Positions 1 through 9,640 of a stretch of 64,000 nt of DNA are shown piece after piece. Every line of letters begins with the position of its first letter. The stretch's first letter is position 1. Below the pieces are notes generated by a model. The model was not told the DNA's origin, did not search any database, and saw nothing but the letters and a program-made list of their open reading frames with translations. The position numbers were made by a program, and so were the translations under genes. This DNA is from Blastocladiella emersonii ATCC 22665 (Eukaryota > Fungi > Blastocladiomycota), in assembly GCA_025594325.1 (NCBI GenBank), contig JANHCV010000010.1, forward strand, positions 558,001 to 622,000. The letters are read 5' to 3'.

Positions 1-1
1 G

Positions 2-412
2 ATCGAACTCACGCGCGAGCGGCGCGGGAGCGACGGCGTGGTGCAGTCGCCGACCGGGTCGAGTACCGCGAGCTCGGTCGGGGACGTCGCGAGCCCGCCG
101 ACGGTCAAGATCCACGAGCCGGCCAAGGAAGTTGAGGAGGAGGAGGAAGGGCTCGACTCGACGCTCAACGCGGACGAGCTCACGGCCGCCGTCGCCGCGG
201 TCAAGCTGCAGGCTGTGGCACAGGAGGAGAAGCCCGCCGCGGTTGAGGAGGAGCCCGAGGAGGTGGATGTGCTTGGCGACACGCTCGAGGCGTCGGCCAC
301 GGCGCAGCTGCGCATGCGGATCAAGACCGTGGTCAGCGGCGGCGACGCGAACGCGGACGGCGCGACGACAAACGTGGCGGCGGATGTGGCGCCGTGGTCG
401 GCGGTTGTGTAG
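2..412 (+). CDS. 3' end of an unknown acidic host protein (partial, runs off window start)
   Basis: Open frame from window start to TAG at 410-412; host-like C/G-ending codons; E-rich low complexity; no recognisable domain. Confidence 0.45.
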   Translation: MELTRERRGSDGVVQSPTGSSTASSVGDVASPPTVKIHEPAKEVEEEEEGLDSTLNADELTAAVAAVKLQAVAQEEKPAAVEEEPEEVDVLGDTLEASATAQLRMRIKTVVSGGDANADGATTNVAADVAPWSAVV

Positions 413-693
413 GGTGGATGGAAGAAGGTGTGATTGGTTGATAGACGCTCAGCGGAGCATACATTTACGTGATTACAGAAAACTGGTCGATGCTCATTCG
501 AGTCGCGACGCTCAATTTGGCGGTAAGGGGATCAACGGCGACGCGAGCAGGGACAGCCCTGTGACTATGACTTCGGCGGCGGCGGACGTGGCACCGTGGA
601 CGGCCGTCGTGTAAGATTGTGGATTGGTGACGGCGAGGAGATCTGGTAGAATGTGTATATAGAGAACGTCCGTGGGGCTTCAGTAATGCTTGT

Positions 694-1161
694 TCAATCG
701 GCACGCTGCACGATGAGGCGCGAGAGCGTTGGCGGCTTCAGGTTATGCAACTCAGAGCGGCCGCTCGCCGGCATGTCAATAATTCCAACAAAGAGCTCGT
801 CCAGGGACGGCGGAGCGCGCGAAATCAAGTCACGTACGCCAATGATACTCGCCTCGTTTAGCGGGACTTGGAGATTTACCAAAGTCGATCGCGGCGGATA
901 CCTGGAAAGAGCGACGAGCCCTTGATCGCCAAGCTCATTACCAGTCAAGTCGAGCGTTGCGAGATTGGGCGGAAGGTAACGGCCCAGGACATCCATGCAC
1001 TCGGGATCAAGCTGGCAGCCGTCGAGGCGAAGCGTCGCGAGCCCGCGCGGAAGGTGCGGAGCAAGCGTGATGAGACCCTCGGAACCGATCATGGTTCGGT
1101 CAAGGAGCAGGGTTTTGAGCGACTTGGGCAAGTGGGCTGCAAGATGACCGACCGCGTCTAA
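694..1161 (-). pseudogene. 3' fragment of a type-B LRR gene, 5' part truncated by PIF/Harbinger element
   Basis: Frame reads LDAVGHLAAHLPKSLKTLLLDRT...LPPNLATLDLTGNELGDQG..., collinear with the C-terminal half of 26491-27360; homology stops at the TTA codon abutting the transposon TIR at 1162. Confidence 0.8.
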
Positions 1162-1381
1162 GGGCCCGTTTGGTTCAGATCAGGTGGATCAGCTGAAAAA
1201 GTTGCCACGTTTCACCTCACCCCCGTTCATCTCAGCGGCCGTGCGAACCAAACGCCCCGCTGGATGAACGCCCCCCCCCCCCCCCCCCGCAATAAAATCT
1301 TTCCCACCTCTTTGCAGCCGCGCTTATTGCAACGAATCAACACCTAACCTCACGCATCGTGTTCTCGAGCCCTCAGACAAC

Positions 1382-2698
1382 ATGGGCAAGGGATACAACC
1401 GCAAGCTGCGCGGCCTAATGCTCACAGCCGCCCTCGCTCTCCTGCGACGTCTCGCTGCTCGCAACGAGCGCCGCTCGTGGGAGCCTATCCGCACGTCCAC
1501 GCTTCCGGCGAGTCGTGGGTTCAAGAGCTGCTGACGTGCAACAGCGAAACGCGTTTTTCGGAAATCGCCCGTATGCCCCGCAAGACCTTCAAGGCCATCT
1601 GCCGCCTGTTCCGCGACCGTGGCCTTCTCGCCGACGGCCGCGAGCTGTCCGTCGAGGCGCGCTTCATGGTTTTTCTTGTCATGGCCGGCGAGGGCAGCAC
1701 CAACCGCAACCTCAGGGAGCGGTTCCAAATCTCTGGCGAGACCGCGTCCAGGGTTCTGAAGCAAGTGCTCGACGCTCTGTACCGCCTGATGCCCGAGTTC
1801 ATTGTCCAGCCGTCCGATTCTACGCCCGTGCATGAGCGCATCGCCCACGACCCGAAATACGCTCCGTTCCAGAACGCGGTCGGCGCGCTTGACGGAACGC
1901 ACATCCCGTTTGTTGTGCCCACTAAGCTTCACGACTCGTTCCGAAACCGCAAGGGGACCATCTCCTCAAATGTCCTCGCTGCCTGCGACTTTGACTTGAA
2001 CTTCACCTACGTTCTTGCAGGGTGGGAGGGCAAGGCGCATGACTCGCGCGTGCTCTTGGACGCCTTCGCCCGTGGGTTCAAGATCCCCGCCGGCCGCTTC
2101 TACCTCGCCGACGGCGGCTACGCAAACCGCACGTCCATCATCGTGCCCTTCCGCGGTACCCGCTATCATCTTCGCGAGTTTGCCCGCGGCAAGGATGGGT
2201 ACGTTCTCACTGCCATGACCATCACGTTGGCGCCATCTCATCCGCTTCATCAACGTACGTAGAGTTAAGAACCGCGAGGAGCTTTTCAATCTGCGTCACG
2301 CGTCGCTCCGCAACTCTGTTGAGCGTATCTTTGGCGTGCTCAAGAAGCGGTTCCGCGTCCTCTCGATTGGCGCGGCCTACCCAATCAAGACTCAAGTCAA
2401 GCTTGTGTACGCGCTCTGCACGCTGCACAACATGATCAACAAGTGGAACCAAGGCGGCGACGCCTTCTTTCGCGACGCCGAGACGGAGCTCCGGCGCGCG
2501 CGGGACGCGGCGCGTGAGGCGCGTGTGCGTGGGCGCGAGCCCCTGAACGACGAGAACGAGGAGGACGACGAGGCCGCTGTCCTCGAGGCCTCGCTGGACG
2601 GAGCTCGTCAGCGCGGTATCTCGCTTCGGAACCGCATCGCAAATGTTCTTTGGACCGAGTACAGGCGCGTCATGGCCGCTCGTGGGACCCGTCTTTGA
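1382..2698 (+). CDS. PIF/Harbinger DDE transposase (HARBI1/DDE_Tnp_4-like); one intron 2199-2262; apparent frameshift near 1503
   Basis: Catalytic motifs ALDGTH, LADGGY and, after splicing GTACGT...TAG, FNLRHASLRNSVERIFGVLKKRF; N-terminal RTSTL and SGESWVQELL lie in different frames. Confidence 0.9.
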
Positions 2699-3011
2699 AG
2701 GCGCGAAATAATTGTTGTACCCGCATGCATGCTGTAATATACTGATTTGTCAAGTACTATAATGTTATATAAGCGATTCTAGATGATTTGACGCGTCGCT
2801 GAGGTCAGAACGCATCGGTGGAGACGCGTCGATCAATCACGTGACGTGTGAGACACTTTGCGAACCACGCGTTTCTCAACGAGTCGCGTCATTTTCGAGC
2901 CAAGGGTAACGATTGAAGATACGATGGACACAAAGCCAGATGTATTGGACACAAATGGGCGAGAACAAGGCCAGGAAGCAACGCGAGGGGAGGGGGACAT
3001 GTGCGAGAGAG

Positions 3012-3385
3012 CTACTGAATGAAAAACTCGAGGACGCGCTTGCGCTTCGATTCGGACACGGCCATGACGCGAAGCGCTTGATCCTCGGTCAGGCGGGTGG
3101 CGACGTCGATCTGGTACTCTTCATTGTCATTGTACGCGTCCTGGACCCATTCAAGTGCGGCGGTCAGAACGGGCTTGGAGTCGGCGGTCGCGACGCTCTG
3201 GAACACCTCCTTGATGCCCAGGAGGAATTCCGAGTCCGAGAGGCGACGCGAGCTGCTGTCCGAAGTGCGGCTGCGCTTGCTGGCGGGGGCCGCGTCGTCT
3301 TGACCATCGACACCTTCCACGTCACCAGACTCCTTGCCGTCCTGCTTGAGGTGCGAGTACTCGCCGGTGGTGGTCAAGCCGCCCC
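3012..3385 (-). pseudogene. 3' remnant of the PIF Myb/SANT-like accessory ORF
   Basis: Translates to TGEYSHLKQDGKESGD...KRKRVLEFFIQ, matching the end of 54275-55404; promoter joined directly to this segment by the deletion. Confidence 0.85.
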
Positions 3386-4252
3386 ACGAAGGAAAACAGC
3401 GTTTATATAGGACGGGAAGCACAGCCTGAAGGTTTCGGGGGCGAGCAGACGGGCAATTCAGCGACGAGGGTTCCATTCAGCTCATCCGGGGGTTGAACCA
3501 AACGCCGCGATGAACGCGACGGGGTGAAAATCCCACGTTTCAGCTGGGTGAACACCGGACCGTGTAAAATCGATTGATCCACCTGATTCACCCCGGAACC
3601 AAACGGGCCCTTAGCAATGATGCCTGCTCTGTGTTGGAACTCTGATTAGTGGCTGGCCACCATGAAAGGAGACCTCCAGCATGGAGCAGTCTGGGAGGCG
3701 CTTGGCCAACGCTTCCTGGACAGGGCGGAGCACCCCTTATTTCTACTTTATGTCAATGTCGTAGTGTGTCCCGTTGCTACGTCATGTCAAGTGCGTTGAA
3801 TGCGTTTGTCAATTTAAGCTTTGTTGGACTACTGTAACTATGCAAGGCTGTATCAAAGAGATCGTCCCCCTGCCCAAGCCACCATGCGATCACTATGATG
3901 CTCCCAGCTGGGTCTACAACAACGAGCTGCTGTGGGTCCAAGTTGTGTACCTGTGCTGCGGGCACAAGTACACATACCAATGGGTAGTCTGAGAGCGACC
4001 AGTAAAGGCTTCAAGATAGCTAACCAAGTTAACTTGAAGGATCTATTCAAAGCAGACAGTGTACACAACCTTGGCACCTGGCAGGGCCACGTCGCGGATG
4101 GCCGTGTAGTTGGCTGTTGACTGGGGGCCTGGATGGCCAGTCCAAGGGATGCTCGTGGAAGGTGCGCGGGGCGTTGATGCAGTAGAGCCAGTATTCATTG
4201 TCCTGTGTCTTACTATGCCTTTGCAGAAAGAATTTAAAGCACATGTCGTTGC

Positions 4253-4354
4253 TTACTCTACGGCGTGGAATACTTTGCTTGTGTACCTGACAATGGCCAG
4301 GTTGGCTACCAGGATCAGGGCGTTGGTGGCAACAAGGAGCGTCTCGAGGATCAT
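4253..4354 (-). CDS. 33-aa hydrophobic viral peptide (predicted single TM helix)
   Basis: MILETLLVATNALILVANLAIVRYTSKVFHAVE*; preceded by the element-wide TGTTG-N8-TAAAC-ATG motif; too short for the ORF track. Confidence 0.5.
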   Translation of the reverse strand: MILETLLVATNALILVANLAIVRYTSKVFHAVE

Positions 4355-4385
4355 GTTTACAGTACAACAACAATTAAAGTCAACG

Positions 4386-5128
4386 TCAGATGAACGCAAG
4401 CTCGACGTAGGAGGGTTGGCCAAGAAAGTCGACCAAGCGCAGGTTCTCGTCTACCACGTCAATGTCAATACAGTCAATCTGCTGGGCCTGTCCCTGCGCG
4501 TCAAAGCGAAAGTAGTCACCCATGTGTGGTCGATGCTCAAACCAGCTGCCAAAGGGTTGCGTGACGTGGATGCTACAAAGTACGCCGTTGTCTTGTGGAT
4601 ACGCGCTGTACATGTTGTCCGCGAGCTGGTGCCAAGGTTGCGCGAGTAGACGTGAAGCAGGTTGATGGGCGAGATGTTGACCAGCGCCGACCCGTACTGG
4701 ACCTTGCTGTAGCCATACGCTCCAACAAAGCCCATGTGGATGTTCAGCGACGCCGTCCCTGTTCCAATTGTAAAATCGACCGTGTCGTTGACCAGGCGCA
4801 TCTTCTGGGTAGTCGAGTCGACCTGGACGTCCCAGGTGCCCTGCCAGAGGTACGACGACGGCGCGTTGTTGAGCAGGCTCTTGAGCGTGGCCGTGAACGT
4901 CTCGACCGTGTAGTTGCCGTCAGGGACGGTGATGGTACCCGGGAACGTCAGCGCGCCACGGCTCTGGGTCAGGTACACTTTGTTGGCCTTGGAGTTGACC
5001 GTGTGCCAGCTGTTGCAGAGGTACGCCGAGTTGACCTTGACGCCGCGCACGGACAGGGGTCGTGGCAGGTACAGGATGCCGTTCTTGAGGTCGCGGTTGC
5101 AGATGGTCAGCGTCTTGTACTCGGACAT
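4386..5128 (-). pseudogene. Minor capsid protein (penton), split by a 1-nt deletion near 4628
   Basis: N-part has TVPDGNYTVETFTATLKSLLN; the penton-like C-terminus (LCSIHVTQPFGSW...IDCIDIDVVDENLRLVDFLGQPSYVELAFI) is in the adjacent frame (ORF 4386-4613); one extra base after GGC ACC restores a 247-aa frame. Confidence 0.72.
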
Positions 5129-5146
5129 TTAAACAAAGGCAACAAT

Positions 5147-5413
5147 TTATTGTACAGCTGTCCCCGTGTCATCGGCGTCTGCCTCAAAGATCTCGCTCGT
5201 TGGTCGGTTGTACCAGGTGTGAATGTCTTGGGCAAGGTCAGCGCCCTTGGTCACCATCTGCGCAATGGAGCTCACGGCGGGGTTGTGCGACCGCTCAAAG
5301 AACTTGGACACAGTCTTGACGCCTTTGAGGACAGTTGGCATGTGTTTGTTGACAAAGGACCCGACCTGGCCAAGCACATTGCTAAAGTTGGTCCAGAGGT
5401 TACGGAAGATCAT
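5147..5413 (-). CDS. 88-aa viral protein with N-terminal amphipathic helix (adenovirus protein VI-like candidate)
   Basis: MIFRNLWTNFSNVLGQVGSFVNKHMPTVLKGVKTVSKFF; lies between MCP and penton; variant upstream motif TCTTG-N8-TAAAC. Confidence 0.55.
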   Translation of the reverse strand: MIFRNLWTNFSNVLGQVGSFVNKHMPTVLKGVKTVSKFFERSHNPAVSSIAQMVTKGADLAQDIHTWYNRPTSEIFEADADDTGTAVQ

Positions 5414-5455
5414 GGCGGGGTTTAACTCTACGCAAGAAAAGAAAGGACAGGGCCG

Positions 5456-6676
5456 TTACTTGTAGATGTTGATCTCGCCGGTCGGCAGGAACTCGTAGAC
5501 CACGTCGATGCCAATGAAGGCGTCCACGCGCTGGTTTGGGGCCACGCTCAAAGTCAGGATCACCTGCATGTCCACAGCCTGGCTCTTGCAAGACTTGTCG
5601 CCGCTGACCACGGTGCGACTTGACTCGAGGTCACGGCCGACAACAAAGGTACCCTCGGCTGGCGCGTTGAACTTGTCGACTGTGAGGCCAGCGCCAATGA
5701 CGTGGCCATGGAAGGCATTGGTCAGCTCAACGAACGCCTCGGACGCGTAGTCGTCACAGCGGATGGGTCGCTGAGGGAAGAGTCGGCCGGCCACGCTGAA
5801 CTGGTACAATGTAATGGTCTTGGCACAAAGGAACGAGTCCTTGGCATTGTCATTGAGCACGGCATTGTCGCGGAACGACAGCAGGATGTCTTTCTGTGAG
5901 GCCGAGCGGTCCGAGATGTTGAGCGTTGAGTTGGGCACCGAGTAGTTCAGGAAGTGGTGGTTGTAGGTCGTGCCAAAGAGCTTGAGGCCCTGCTTCTTGA
6001 AGGCCGCGTCCATGACCGCGATCTGCTGGTCGTTGAGCTTGATCAGGTCCGAGACGATGCAGACGTCCTTGACTGTGTAGCCCGGGATCGCATTGTTCTT
6101 GACCACGCAGGCGTCGCTGCCAGGTGCAAGGGTGAACTCAACGCGGATGCCGCCCGTGTACTTCATTGGGAGGTGCTTCTGGTTCGCCAGCAGGGCGGAT
6201 TTGATGGGCAGCATGTACCGGTGCAGCCCGGACAAGACGGCGAACTTGTCAGCGCCGGACGCAAAGTAGCCCTGTGCCACACCAAGACACAAGTCCTTGA
6301 GGTACTGGGGGACCGTCACGTCGGCCTCGATGCGCTGACACAGGTTGTAGTACGGGAGCTCTTCGAGTAGGGCACCAGACGCGCTGTAGATGTGGACACG
6401 GTCAATGACGCTGAAGATACCATTGCAGAAAGCGACGTTGGCGTCCGTGGTCTTGGCCGAGAACTGCAGGAAAGTACAGTGCGTGTCCATCATGTCGTCG
6501 CGCGGCGGGAGCAGGACGCTGATGCTGTTGCCAGGAGCAAACTTGGGGCCGCCCTGAGCCGTGAACTGGACGGTCTGGCGCTCGGCATAGACAGACTCCT
6601 TGGGCAGGTTGAACGACATCTCGGGAGGGAGAGTCTTGGACAGGACCTGCAAGAACTGGGCGTTGGTACTGGACAT
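5456..6676 (-). CDS. Major capsid protein, double jelly-roll (PLV-type), 406 aa
   Basis: Size and motifs typical of PLV MCPs: IFSVIDRVHIYSASGALLEELPYYN, YQFSVAGRLFPQRPI, AFVELTNAF, FVVGRDLE..SG; flanked by ATPase and penton. Confidence 0.78.
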   Translation of the reverse strand: MSSTNAQFLQVLSKTLPPEMSFNLPKESVYAERQTVQFTAQGGPKFAPGNSISVLLPPRDDMMDTHCTFLQFSAKTTDANVAFCNGIFSVIDRVHIYSASGALLEELPYYNLCQRIEADVTVPQYLKDLCLGVAQGYFASGADKFAVLSGLHRYMLPIKSALLANQKHLPMKYTGGIRVEFTLAPGSDACVVKNNAIPGYTVKDVCIVSDLIKLNDQQIAVMDAAFKKQGLKLFGTTYNHHFLNYSVPNSTLNISDRSASQKDILLSFRDNAVLNDNAKDSFLCAKTITLYQFSVAGRLFPQRPIRCDDYASEAFVELTNAFHGHVIGAGLTVDKFNAPAEGTFVVGRDLESSRTVVSGDKSCKSQAVDMQVILTLSVAPNQRVDAFIGIDVVYEFLPTGEINIYK

Positions 6677-6716
6677 GGTTTAGTTTAGGACTCGGCAACA
6701 AAAAAAAGTCAAGAGT

Positions 6717-7514
6717 CTACTGCTTCACAATCCACTTGCTGAAGCTGTCTACAAGCCGGTACTTGGGCGGGTTCTGGTTGTTGACGCCCAGGAAGCGTCG
6801 CTTTGTGTTGCCAGTACGCGTGTCAAAGAGCTGTTCAATGATGGCCTCAAACTCCTTGAGGTCGAACTGCGACCCAATCTCCTTGTGCAGCGTCTGGACC
6901 TCGGTCTTGTCATAGATTGGGTAGACGACGCTGTAGCTGCAATTGATGCGCAGAGTCTTGGGCAGGGCACACCACCGCTGGACGCCAATGATGCAGCTGA
7001 TCTTCAAGTGCCGCGAGTTGCACAGAAAGTTGGTCAGCGTTCTGTGGCTCAGCAGCTTGAGCCCAAGCACGTCGTCGATGATCAGCAGCTGGTCCTGGAG
7101 CGCCTTCTTGCCAGACTCTTCGAATGTCTTGGTCAGGTCCTGGCGCATCTTGAGCAGGGTCGGGATGAACTGCTCGGGGTCCGTGACAATGCACCCTGGC
7201 TTGATCTTGAGCCGGTCCGGGTCGCGCTCCTGGGGGTCCAGCACGTTGCGCTCCTTCTTGGGCGGTCGCAGGATTGGTTGACTGGCAATGTACTCGTACT
7301 TGTCGTTGGCGTGGAACGTCGGGTTAAAGACCCAGATGTTGTCGAACTGGCCCTTGTAAAAGTGCGGGAAGCAGACCATGTTTGCGATCAGCGTCGACTT
7401 GCCCTGACCCTTGGTGCCAATGACGTTCATGGTGAACGGGTGCTTGGGGATCAGCAGCGGCTCGCTGTCATTGTTGCGCGTAAAGCCGTTGTCAATGGCA
7501 ACAATGTCGTACAT
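6717..7514 (-). CDS. A32/FtsK-HerA family genome-packaging ATPase
   Basis: Walker A GTKGQGKS, Walker B LLIIDD, SRHLKISCIIGVQ and LPKTLRINC arginine-finger region. Confidence 0.9.
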   Translation of the reverse strand: MYDIVAIDNGFTRNNDSEPLLIPKHPFTMNVIGTKGQGKSTLIANMVCFPHFYKGQFDNIWVFNPTFHANDKYEYIASQPILRPPKKERNVLDPQERDPDRLKIKPGCIVTDPEQFIPTLLKMRQDLTKTFEESGKKALQDQLLIIDDVLGLKLLSHRTLTNFLCNSRHLKISCIIGVQRWCALPKTLRINCSYSVVYPIYDKTEVQTLHKEIGSQFDLKEFEAIIEQLFDTRTGNTKRRFLGVNNQNPPKYRLVDSFSKWIVKQ

Positions 7515-7540
7515 TTAAAGACTGCCAACAAAAAAGGGCG

Positions 7541-9256
7541 TCAGTCCCAGCTGAGGTCAAGCACAATGCCGCTGCGCCTTGGGGTCTCGCGGACCTGCTT
7601 GACGGGCCGCTCAGGGATCTTCTGGTGACGCTGGATCTTGGGCGCTGTCAGCCCGCTACCCGCTGCCCGCTTGTCTGTGAACAGCTTCGCGTCGGTCGGC
7701 TTCTTGTAGCCCAGTTGCTTGAGGATCTGTTCGAGGAGCATGTTGGTCTTCTTAGAACTACCGCCGGAATTGTTTTGCGCGGCCAGCTCCCTGATCATGG
7801 CCTCGAGGCCGCTTGTGTCAGCAGGCTGGACAATGACTTGGGGTGCTGGGATCGTGTCCAGCTTGGACCCAAGGTCTTGGAGCGTCTTGGTCATGGCCTC
7901 GTTGCTCTGGGTCTGCCCTTGGATCGCGCCCTGGACGCCGCTTGCAAGCTGGTTCATGAGCACCTGCTGGTTGCTGAGCGCAGAGGACATGCCCGTGGCA
8001 ATCTCAGACACAAGCGCGCGGTTGCCAGCGTCAATCTGGCGGACAAAGTTGTTGCGTTCGGCTCGGAGCGTGTCCACGATCCCGGACGCGAGGTTGGCAA
8101 ATGCGTCCATGGCCAGTCCCTGAGCGGCCGCCGACTGCTCGATGAGCGCCTGGTACGCCTGGAACTGCATGACCTGGGACCCGGCAAACTGCGAGGCAAT
8201 GAGCTCGAGCGCGACCATGACGTTTGGGTCATTGTTGTACTGGACCAGGATCTGCTGCCGCATGTCCACGTTCTGCTCGTAGTAGTTGTTCTCATACTGG
8301 GTGATGAACTGCCACATGTCAACGTTCTGCGTGTTCTGCTGCGTGTAGCTGTTGTACACGAACTGGTTAAACTGTTGAAAGTTCTGGACAACGTCGACCT
8401 CCATGTTGTCCGTGGTTGTCAGCGCCCGCTTGGGGTTGTAGACCTGCAAGTCCTTGGAGCCCTCAATCATGCGTGCCTCGTCCATGGCCGGGTGGACGTG
8501 ACCCTCGTTGTACACGCCTTGCCGCTGTGCCATGTCCGGGCTGTAGCTTGGTGGCATGACCACGAGGTCGCGGGTGCCATCGTCAAGCCTTGGGGGCGGG
8601 TCGTTGCCGCCGTCATTGTCATTCTGGATCAGGTACTGGCCGGGGATCATGGCGCCGTACTCGTCAATGTCTTGACCAACATAGTTGCCAGCCTTGACCA
8701 GGTACTGCTCAGGCATGACTGGCCGGATGGGCACGGGGAGCAAGTGGTCCGGTACAGCGTCCTCATCAATGACGTCCAGGGCTTGTGAGATCTCTTCTGC
8801 CAGCTCGTCGCGCTCCTCTTCGCTGCTGCCCCTGTCGCTGTCCGTGGCCGACTCGGGGGCCTCTGGTCTGGGGCTTGCTGCTGGTGGAGCGACTGGGACT
8901 CGAGTGACCTTGCCCGTTGCCTGGTGCTCTTCCCACGCTTTAAGCGTGTCTTGGACGTGCTCCTGGAGGTCCTTGACCTCGTACCCAGTGACGCCGTCCT
9001 GGTGCTTGAGGTAGAACAGCGAGTCGCCTCGTTTGCGGCCAAAGTCGTTGGCATAGCTCTCGGGCGTCACCTTGTAGTCAAAGGCAAGGATGTAAGGCAC
9101 CCAGACGTCGAGGAGCTCTTTGGCATTGGGGAACGTGTACTCGCGGCCATCAATGGTTGCCTTGATCTTCTGCCCTGCAAGGCGCTCAGCCGTGATGCGC
9201 CCGCCGGTTGCCTTGGTCACTCTTGCAAGTAGATCTGGTACTGTTCTTTGGCCCAT
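7541..9256 (-). CDS. Unknown viral protein (~571 aa) with Q/N/Y-rich and coiled-coil segments
   Basis: Long ORF with viral codon pattern; likely start MGQRTVPD at 9256 (ORF track starts 9328); no recognised domain. Confidence 0.7.
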   Translation of the reverse strand: MGQRTVPDLLARVTKATGGRITAERLAGQKIKATIDGREYTFPNAKELLDVWVPYILAFDYKVTPESYANDFGRKRGDSLFYLKHQDGVTGYEVKDLQEHVQDTLKAWEEHQATGKVTRVPVAPPAASPRPEAPESATDSDRGSSEEERDELAEEISQALDVIDEDAVPDHLLPVPIRPVMPEQYLVKAGNYVGQDIDEYGAMIPGQYLIQNDNDGGNDPPPRLDDGTRDLVVMPPSYSPDMAQRQGVYNEGHVHPAMDEARMIEGSKDLQVYNPKRALTTTDNMEVDVVQNFQQFNQFVYNSYTQQNTQNVDMWQFITQYENNYYEQNVDMRQQILVQYNNDPNVMVALELIASQFAGSQVMQFQAYQALIEQSAAAQGLAMDAFANLASGIVDTLRAERNNFVRQIDAGNRALVSEIATGMSSALSNQQVLMNQLASGVQGAIQGQTQSNEAMTKTLQDLGSKLDTIPAPQVIVQPADTSGLEAMIRELAAQNNSGGSSKKTNMLLEQILKQLGYKKPTDAKLFTDKRAAGSGLTAPKIQRHQKIPERPVKQVRETPRRSGIVLDLSWD

Positions 9257-9368
9257 GATAGTTACTGTATGGACCAAAAATAAAACGTCCCCTTGTTGGT
9301 ACCTTTTTCCCCGTGCATCTTGCACCATTGGGCGTACCTTTTTCCCTGTGGCAGGTGCCTTTTGTCCC

Positions 9369-9620
9369 TCAGACGGTGCTATTTGCCCCCTGGTCCCGGC
9401 GCTTGGCGTTGAGTGCCTTGTAGATCCGGATCTTGACCCGCTCTGCCCGCGCTGCCTCGTTGTCGACGTGCGTGTACCGGTTGGCCTTGCGGTCGCGCTT
9501 CCGTAGCCACTTGGCCTTGTCCTTGTCGCTCTTGCTGTACCAGCTGCTTGGCACAGGCATGGTCCCGGCGAGGTGCTCCCGCCACTCGTCCAGGCTCAGG
9601 TCATGGTCGCTGGAAATCAT
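9369..9620 (-). CDS. Small basic viral protein (possible DNA-binding/core protein)
   Basis: 83 aa, K/R-rich (KWLRKRDRKANRY...KIRIYKALNAKRR); starts 20 bp from the divergent fibre ATG. Confidence 0.5.
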   Translation of the reverse strand: MISSDHDLSLDEWREHLAGTMPVPSSWYSKSDKDKAKWLRKRDRKANRYTHVDNEAARAERVKIRIYKALNAKRRDQGANSTV

Positions 9621-9640
9621 TCTGTTGCTTAAGGTTAAAC

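Larger units (their letters stand above)
1162..3610 (+). mobile_element. PIF/Harbinger DNA transposon, internally deleted copy (2449 bp)
   Basis: 15-bp TIRs GGGCCCGTTTGGTTC at 1162 and (reverse) ending 3610; DDE transposase inside; near-identical to 54005-57256 except an ~800-bp deletion in the Myb/SANT ORF; flanks TAA (left) and TTA (right). Confidence 0.93.

Noticed and set aside
1271-1288. Poly-C tract (poly-G at 57128-57147)
   Set aside because: A homopolymer inside both PIF copies, differing only in length (18 vs 20); no further evidence of function.
3611-4250. Possible maturation protease, HNH nuclease or left TIR at the virus left end
   Set aside because: Only weak fragments (THWYV on minus, CDH...Q..CC..K on plus) interrupted by stops; no match to the reverse complement of the right terminus. 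Treated as decayed viral sequence.
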